In this document: positions 62,847-64,000 of the stretch, piece by piece
Position numbering within the stretch: position 1 is the stretch's first letter
Layout: each line of letters opens with the position of its first letter
Source of the DNA: Myxococcota bacterium
Lineage (GTDB): Bacteria > Myxococcota_A > UBA796 > UBA2385
Length of the DNA: 64,000 nt
Reading direction: 5' to 3'
Assembly: GCA_044344255.1 (NCBI GenBank)
Contig: JBIJDH010000006.1
Location: 96,001 to 160,000 of the forward strand
Notes under the pieces: model-generated
What the model was told of the DNA's origin: nothing
Seen by the model: the letters and a program-made list of their open reading frames with translations, nothing else
Database searches by the model: none
Made by a program: the position numbers and the translations under genes

Positions 62847-64000
<1,154 letters not shown>

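Overview
Very GC-rich bacterial DNA. Gene content points to a Myxococcota/deltaproteobacterial genome: MYXO-CTERM sorting signal, TonB-fused receptor, many acidic-repeat lipoproteins and a Ser/Thr kinase-WD40 protein. About 40 genes are supportable; I saw no rRNA, tRNA, CRISPR array or intact transposase. Main blocks: (i) three tandem paralogous integrin-like (FG-GAP) surface lipoproteins, divergent from a TonB-dependent receptor/lipoprotein pair (4.3-16.0 kb); (ii) a stand-alone Septu-type PtuA/PtuB anti-phage pair, followed by a DUF2239 gene with a 15-bp perfect palindrome upstream (16.1-19.2 kb); (iii) an MBOAT/SGNH O-acetylation pair and a run of accessory surface-protein genes, including a 222-bp tandem-repeat adhesin (19.8-30.3 kb); (iv) a ~2376-aa polymorphic toxin with two DUF4157 domains, an internal M15 Zn-peptidase and a C-terminal CD38-like ADP-ribosyl cyclase/NADase motif set, followed by a duplicated HEAT-like candidate immunity gene (35.3-44.0 kb); (v) fbp, a thioesterase, aconitase and a PhnA-domain gene; (vi) a Ni-free hydrogenase-4-like (Ehr) operon headed by an Xis/BldC-type HTH-PTS EIIA fusion whose sigma70-like promoter is overlaid by 10-bp-phased GTCCA repeats (49.8-57.8 kb); (vii) VOC, two paralogous lipoproteins, a MacA/MacB-like pair without an ATPase, and a partial NCS1 transporter. 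The best candidates for an undescribed system are (iv) and (vi). All family calls come from motif recognition by eye; no database search was run.
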